A DNA stretch of 64,000 bases from Spirochaetia bacterium (lineage in GTDB: Bacteria > Spirochaetota > Spirochaetia > UBA9216): positions 1 to 64,000 of the forward strand of contig CAXXYH010000004.1 of NCBI GenBank assembly GCA_963677925.2. The letters are read 5' to 3'. The position numbers were made by a program, and so were the translations under genes. This document shows positions 58,993 to 64,000 of this stretch, one piece after another. The notes below the pieces were generated by a model. The model made no database searches and had not been told where the DNA came from. It saw only the letters and a program-made list of their open reading frames with translations. How positions within the stretch are numbered: the first letter of the stretch is position 1; each line of letters starts with the position of its first letter.

Positions 58993-60129
58993 TCAGATTT
59001 CAACCCACTGCTGTTTTTCATTGCTCTCGAAGATTTTCTCACAGAGAATCATCTCGTGAAGACCGTCTTTCATTGTAGCATAGTCTCTGGGTGCATCAGG
59101 ATTATCGATGCTGTCATATACCTGTCTGAAGCACTGCTTGAATGCATCAGGAAATCCTTCAAGATGACCGATTGGATAGGCAACAACGGAACGGCTATCG
59201 GGGTGGACTGTTACAGGGCCTTTTTCAGACACTTCACAGAAACTGTCTTTTCTTCCGATTGTGAGTTTGTTGCAGAGCTCGCTGTCCCAGCAGGCAGATT
59301 TCTTGTATCCGCCGATCATGTAATCAATTGCAACAGATTTTCCGGCAATTACCTGTGAAAAGAAGGCGCTGCCCTTTGCCCCGTTCTCAAACTTGAAAAG
59401 CACACTTGCGCTGTCTTCAGTGTTGATTGGGATATCTTCATAATCAGCATCATCGAAGGTATCTGTTGAAAAGGCAAGGACCTGCTTTTTCGGTTTTTTA
59501 CGGACAGGATGAATGATTGAAAAGTCGGCACAGACAGCAGTTATCTTCTGTCCGGATACAAACTCAACAAGGTCCATCCAGTGTGAGCCGATGTCGGCTA
59601 CAGCACGGGTTCTTCCCGATTCCTTTGAACTGAGTCTCCAGCTGTAATCGGTAATGTTCAGAAGCCAGTCCTGTGTATATGTTCCGGTAATATTGAAGAT
59701 ATCACCAAGCTCTCCGTCACGTATAATGTTTCTCAGATGATGGTTCATTGGATAGAACCTGTTGTGATAATTAAGAGCTGCTATCAGACCTGTATCCTCA
59801 GCCTTCTTTGCAAGAATTTCAGCTTCCTCAATTGTTGTTGTCATCGGTTTTTCACAAAGAACATTTACTCCGTGATCGAGAGCGTACATAGCTATTTCAA
59901 AATGTGTATTATTAGGGGTACAGATGTGAACTACATCAAGATCCGCCATCTTAATCATTTCTTTGTAATCTGCGAAATATTCCGGAACAGTCATAGCCTC
60001 GGCAGTCTCTTTTGCTGAGACAGGATCTGCAACTGCAGCCACAGTTACATTTCCAAGACGTCTGATTGTTTCAATATGGATTCTACCTACGAATCCGGTA
60101 CCTATAACTCCAGCCCTGTAGACTTTCAT
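58993..60129 (-). CDS. Gfo/Idh/MocA-family NAD(P)-dependent oxidoreductase
   Basis: GTGFVG, ICTPN, CEKP, DIGSHWMD. Confidence 0.92.
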   Translation of the reverse strand: MKVYRAGVIGTGFVGRIHIETIRRLGNVTVAAVADPVSAKETAEAMTVPEYFADYKEMIKMADLDVVHICTPNNTHFEIAMYALDHGVNVLCEKPMTTTIEEAEILAKKAEDTGLIAALNYHNRFYPMNHHLRNIIRDGELGDIFNITGTYTQDWLLNITDYSWRLSSKESGRTRAVADIGSHWMDLVEFVSGQKITAVCADFSIIHPVRKKPKKQVLAFSTDTFDDADYEDIPINTEDSASVLFKFENGAKGSAFFSQVIAGKSVAIDYMIGGYKKSACWDSELCNKLTIGRKDSFCEVSEKGPVTVHPDSRSVVAYPIGHLEGFPDAFKQCFRQVYDSIDNPDAPRDYATMKDGLHEMILCEKIFESNEKQQWVEI

Positions 60130-60165
60130 TTTCCTTTTCTCCTATATGTAAATTAAACGGCAAAC

Positions 60166-61407
60166 TCAGGTATGGTTAACCCTGAGTGCGCCCTTATCTT
60201 CTCTTTCTTTTTTAAGTATCTCTGTGTATTTCTTGTTAAAAGTTGTACAGCCTACCGGGGTCTGTCTGATAAGAAGTTCAAGACAGTTGTCGCATACTGT
60301 ACACCACTTAATCTCGTTTTCTCTTCCCTCTCTAAGCTTCAGCGGAAGCAGCGGATCAGCAAAGGACTGCCGGCCGAGACCGATCATGTCTGCAACACCT
60401 CTTTCAATACACTGGGCTCCATAGCTGAACAGTGAACTGTCTTCCGGACTTACCGCACAGAGTTTGTTTTTTCCGTTTCTAAACGGTGAAAAGTTTGAAC
60501 CTATTACTACTGTTTCAGGCTTGAGCGCCTTCTTCATTTCCTTTGACCAGTACTGGTGCAGGTAGGCATAGTAAGGTACATGCCTGTCAACCTGGGTGAT
60601 ACTGATTGTTATTGACGGACTTCCTGCAGACTGAATAAAGTACTGCGCTCCTCTTTCCTCAAGACCCTTCACAAGCGCAAGCGGCTCGGTAAGATCCATT
60701 ACCGGTGAGTCGGGACCGTCGGTTCCAAAGCCGCCGGGAAAGCCTTCCCATGCTGAGATCTTTGAACCGATGAGGAAGTTAGAATCGTTTACGGCCTTAG
60801 CCATTTTCTCATACAGCTCAAAGGCAAAACGGCTTCTGTTTTCCCATGAACCGCCGTATTTCCACTTGCGGTCATTGTAGGGGCGAAGCAGCTGCGAACC
60901 GAAGTAGCCGTGGCAGAGCTTCATGTCTATTCCGTCGGCTCCGGCATCATGGGCAATCTTTGCTGCCAGAACAAAGTCATCCATTATCTTGTCTACTTCA
61001 TCCTCAGTGAGAACATCTCCGCCGTAGCCGTGCAGGGGTTTTACTGTGACCCGTCTTGAGAACTCCGGGTTTGACAGTTCGCCTGAATGGGTAAGCTGAA
61101 ATATAAACAGGGTGTCGGGGTTTGCATCCTTAACTTCTTTTACAAACTTTGTAAGCGGCTCCCTGTTGGGCTCCATGATCATCAGCTGGTTGTCTCTTGC
61201 CCGGCTTTCACGGGTTACTGATATTGCTTCAAGTGAGATAAGACCGGCTTCACCCTTTGCCAGAGTTTTGTATCTTTCGGTTGTATCGGCTGACGGATTT
61301 CCTGTTTCATCCTCATCGTTGCATTCCATTGCCTGGATGAAAAACCTGTTCTTACACGTTCTGTTTCCTATTTTTATTTCGCTTAATAATGTCTCTTTGT
61401 AACTCAT
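60166..61407 (-). CDS. NADH:flavin oxidoreductase (OYE-like barrel) with a C-terminal Cys cluster
   Basis: KNRF, QLTHSG, AGADGID..CHGY, YGGSWENRSR, GRQSFADP, CTVCDNC-x11-C. Confidence 0.85.
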   Translation of the reverse strand: MSYKETLLSEIKIGNRTCKNRFFIQAMECNDEDETGNPSADTTERYKTLAKGEAGLISLEAISVTRESRARDNQLMIMEPNREPLTKFVKEVKDANPDTLFIFQLTHSGELSNPEFSRRVTVKPLHGYGGDVLTEDEVDKIMDDFVLAAKIAHDAGADGIDMKLCHGYFGSQLLRPYNDRKWKYGGSWENRSRFAFELYEKMAKAVNDSNFLIGSKISAWEGFPGGFGTDGPDSPVMDLTEPLALVKGLEERGAQYFIQSAGSPSITISITQVDRHVPYYAYLHQYWSKEMKKALKPETVVIGSNFSPFRNGKNKLCAVSPEDSSLFSYGAQCIERGVADMIGLGRQSFADPLLPLKLREGRENEIKWCTVCDNCLELLIRQTPVGCTTFNKKYTEILKKEREDKGALRVNHT

Positions 61408-61486
61408 TCCTTCTTCCTGTCCGCAGTATAAAATTAATCATAATTGAAAAACCCGCTGCTTCAAAATATCAGACTCTTTTAAATAT

Positions 61487-61528
61487 GGGCATCCCTGACC
61501 ACAGTAATTCATGAGGTCAGGAACGCCC
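61487..61528 (-). terminator. Hairpin after the binding-protein gene
   Basis: GGGC..CCTGACC-loop-GGTCAGG..GCCC. Confidence 0.45.
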
Positions 61529-61559
61529 GGCAGTTGATTTACCTTAATTTAAGGCCGGC

Positions 61560-62510
61560 TCAGTATGCGTTACCTGCAAACTGGTCAACATTATCCTTTG
61601 TTACAACATAAGTAGGTGCAATGTTGTCTTTGTCGAAAGAACCGCCTTTAAGGATTTCTTTTGCAAGCCTTACAGCGTCACCGCCCATTGTCGGGAAGTA
61701 TGACATTGATGCTGTAAGAAGTGTGTTATCAGCCTTAATCATAGCATAAGCTGATTTAGCACCGCCCATACCTGTTACAAACTTAACATCGTCTCTGCCT
61801 GCGTTATCAATTGCGGTCATAACGCCGATAGCAGTTTCATCATCCTGTGTGTAAACTGCATCGATGTGAGGATATGCAGGAATGATGTTACTCATAGCCT
61901 TAAGACCGGCTTCCTGATTGAACTCACCATCGCCTTCTACGAGGATTTTGATTCCGGGAAATTCAGCTGCGAGGGTTTCCTGAAAACCGTTAAAGCGCTG
62001 AATATCGATAGGAATTCCAACATAGCTGTGAAGAGCAACAATATCACCCTTACCGTTCAGTTTTTCACCGAAGTATCTTGCAGCGTTTACACCGCATGCA
62101 TAATTGTCTCCTGCAAGAAGAACGGTATACTTGTCGCTGGCAATGGCTCTGTCAACGATCATCAGCTTGATTCCGGCATCATAGATATCTTCACAGATTG
62201 GGGTCATCAGTGTTCCGTTACCCGGCAGACAGATGATCATATCATAGTTGTCAGCCTTGAAGGTCTGAAGCATATTAAGCTGATCAGCATCGTCAACTGC
62301 ACTCTTAACTACGAATGAAAATTCATCAACATCCTTTTTGCTTTCTTCAAGAACTGAATCAAGCATCTTTGCCTGCCATGAGTTGTTTGCAGGCGGCAGT
62401 GAAACTGCTACTCTGAAAACATCACCATCTGTTTCACCCTGTCCTGCGGCAAATACCATTGCAGGGACCAGCATCATTACTGCAAGTACAATAAATACAG
62501 CTTTTTTCAT
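61560..62510 (-). CDS. Sugar ABC transporter substrate-binding protein (RbsB-like)
   Basis: Signal peptide ending FAAGQGE; IVDR, GDNYACG, QRFNGF, TQDDETAIG. Confidence 0.9.
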   Translation of the reverse strand: MKKAVFIVLAVMMLVPAMVFAAGQGETDGDVFRVAVSLPPANNSWQAKMLDSVLEESKKDVDEFSFVVKSAVDDADQLNMLQTFKADNYDMIICLPGNGTLMTPICEDIYDAGIKLMIVDRAIASDKYTVLLAGDNYACGVNAARYFGEKLNGKGDIVALHSYVGIPIDIQRFNGFQETLAAEFPGIKILVEGDGEFNQEAGLKAMSNIIPAYPHIDAVYTQDDETAIGVMTAIDNAGRDDVKFVTGMGGAKSAYAMIKADNTLLTASMSYFPTMGGDAVRLAKEILKGGSFDKDNIAPTYVVTKDNVDQFAGNAY

Positions 62511-62586
62511 CTTTTTTACTCCTCCTGGACATAAAAATTATTTATCAGAATTCGTTCAGGCAGCGCCTGAACGAACAACTGCCGAA

Positions 62587-63570
62587 CTATTTTTCGCGTC
62601 TCTGACTGAGAACGGCGAAGAGTATTACAGCGCCTTTTACTGCGCCTGAAAGATACGGAGATATGTTGAGCATTATCATCATGTTGTTGACGATACCGAG
62701 GATTATAAATCCGACGATCGTACCGATAAGCCTGCCCCTTCCTCCGTTAAGCGAAGTTCCCCCGACAATTACGGCTGTTATTGCCTCAAACTCATACTGG
62801 GAGCCTGAAGTGGTAGCAGCTACTGCAGCCATTCTTGACATCTCTATCACTGCAGCCATACCGGTACAGAGGCCGACAAGCATGTAGGTAAGAATCTTTA
62901 CACGATCGACCTTTACCCCCGAATAGCGTGCTGCATTCTCATTCCCGCCTACTGCGAAGACATAGGTACCGAACTTCGAGCGTGTTAAAACAGCATGAAG
63001 TATGAGAGCAAGTACAACGGCAGTTAGAAACGGGATGGGGATCATCAGAAAAGATCCGTTTCCAATTCCGGTGAATGACCTGATATTGTTTCCCATAATT
63101 GTCGCACCTCTGCAGAAGTACATAACGATTGAACGGGCCATAATCCCCACTGCCAATGTAACGATAAATGGAGGCAGTTTTGCTTTTGTAATTATCAAAC
63201 CGTTGATAAGACCTATTAATGTTGCAATGCCCAGACAGGCAAGAATGGGGATTATCAACGGCATAGCAGGTTCACCTGCCTCATTCACCATTTTCTGAAG
63301 AAAGATCAGAGCTGCCCCGGAGGTTGCCAGGACCGGTCCGCTTGAAAGATCTATTCCGCCTGCAATAATTACGAAGGTCATTCCCAGAGCAATAATTCCT
63401 ACAATGGACGTATTTCTCAGAATATTAAGCAGGTTATTAGGCCGCAGAAACCGTGGAGCAACCAGACCGCAGATAAGCAGAATGGCTATGAAGACTACAA
63501 CAATGCTGTAATCTTTCCAGATTCTTCCGGCTATTTTAAGTAATCTGTTCTGTTGTTTCAGTTCTTCCAT
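62587..63570 (-). CDS. Sugar ABC transporter permease (RbsC-like)
   Basis: GMTFVIIAGGIDLS, PPFIVTL, AVGGNENAARYSG, YEFEAITAVIVGGTSL. Confidence 0.92.
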   Translation of the reverse strand: MEELKQQNRLLKIAGRIWKDYSIVVVFIAILLICGLVAPRFLRPNNLLNILRNTSIVGIIALGMTFVIIAGGIDLSSGPVLATSGAALIFLQKMVNEAGEPAMPLIIPILACLGIATLIGLINGLIITKAKLPPFIVTLAVGIMARSIVMYFCRGATIMGNNIRSFTGIGNGSFLMIPIPFLTAVVLALILHAVLTRSKFGTYVFAVGGNENAARYSGVKVDRVKILTYMLVGLCTGMAAVIEMSRMAAVAATTSGSQYEFEAITAVIVGGTSLNGGRGRLIGTIVGFIILGIVNNMMIMLNISPYLSGAVKGAVILFAVLSQRREK

Positions 63571-63579
63571 ATCTAATTC

Positions 63580-64000
63580 CTATACATTCGTAGCCAGGTA
63601 GACTATTTTGTTTTCATCAAGTTCCGAACATTCAAGTTCTCCGGTTTTCCGGCCTTCATGCATCACAATTACACGCTGGCTTATAGCCATCACTTCCTGC
63701 ATATCCGAACTGACCACAATAATTCCGATTCCTGAGGCCGCCAGTTCGCTTATAATTTTATAAATCTCCTGCCTTGCCCCGACATCAACTCCTCTTGTGG
63801 GTTCATCGAGGATGAGGATCTTTGCATCACTTAAAAGCCATTTGGCAAGTGACACTTTCTGCTGATTTCCGCCGCTTAGTGTAGAAACGGTCTGAGCCTG
63901 ACTGCTGCAGCGGATTCGCAGTTTCTCAATCATTTTTTTGGTATTCTCAGAACTTTTTCTTTCATTCCTGAAAAAGCCTTTGTTCTTATGCCAGAATACA
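63580..64000 (-). CDS. Sugar ABC transporter ATPase (RbsA-like), 3' part; start lies outside the window
   Basis: LSGGNQQKV, LDEPTRGVDVGA, VSSD. Confidence 0.92.
   Translation of the reverse strand, partial: VFWHKNKGFFRNERKSSENTKKMIEKLRIRCSSQAQTVSTLSGGNQQKVSLAKWLLSDAKILILDEPTRGVDVGARQEIYKIISELAASGIGIIVVSSDMQEVMAISQRVIVMHEGRKTGELECSELDENKIVYLATNV

Noticed and set aside
62551-62575. 11-bp hairpin TTCGTTCAGGC-agc-GCCTGAACGAA as a mobile repeat
   Set aside because: It is single copy and sits inside an ABC operon, where processing or stability hairpins are routine.

Overview
This is a 64-kb chromosomal window, probably from a free-living Spirochaetales bacterium. That assignment is inferred from the short ParE/ParC pair, binding proteins with 'FAGGNQE'/'FAAGQGE' N-termini, and several lipoproteins. 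Left to right it holds: a SorC-regulated polyol/sugar operon using a Liv-type ABC transporter; radA; a TraB-family protein; a TPR lipoprotein; oxyR-ahpCF with a clear OxyR box; an orphan DctP plus histidine kinase; the cobamide-completion operon cobQ-cbiB-cobD-cobU-cobS-cobC-cobT; a ~7-kb block of membrane AraC regulators and repeat lipoproteins sharing a 24-bp palindrome; an ErcA-like ADH plus kinase; a TlpA/UshA-like/CcdA operon; ilvBN with an unannotated Val-rich leader-peptide attenuator; suhB-lrgAB; an MFS transporter; an ECF sigma/anti-sigma/exported caspase operon; parEC; nfo; ppiC; two-component and GGDEF genes; DUF763; and a sugar ABC/flavin oxidoreductase/Gfo/isomerase cluster. I saw no rRNA, tRNA, CRISPR array, transposase, integrase or reverse transcriptase. 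The best candidates for undescribed systems are (1) the sigma/anti-sigma/caspase-beta-barrel operon with a shared RxKG motif and (2) the AraC-palindrome-lipoprotein cassettes with a possible structured RNA. Many genes also look leaderless. All family calls are motif recognition by eye; no searches were run.
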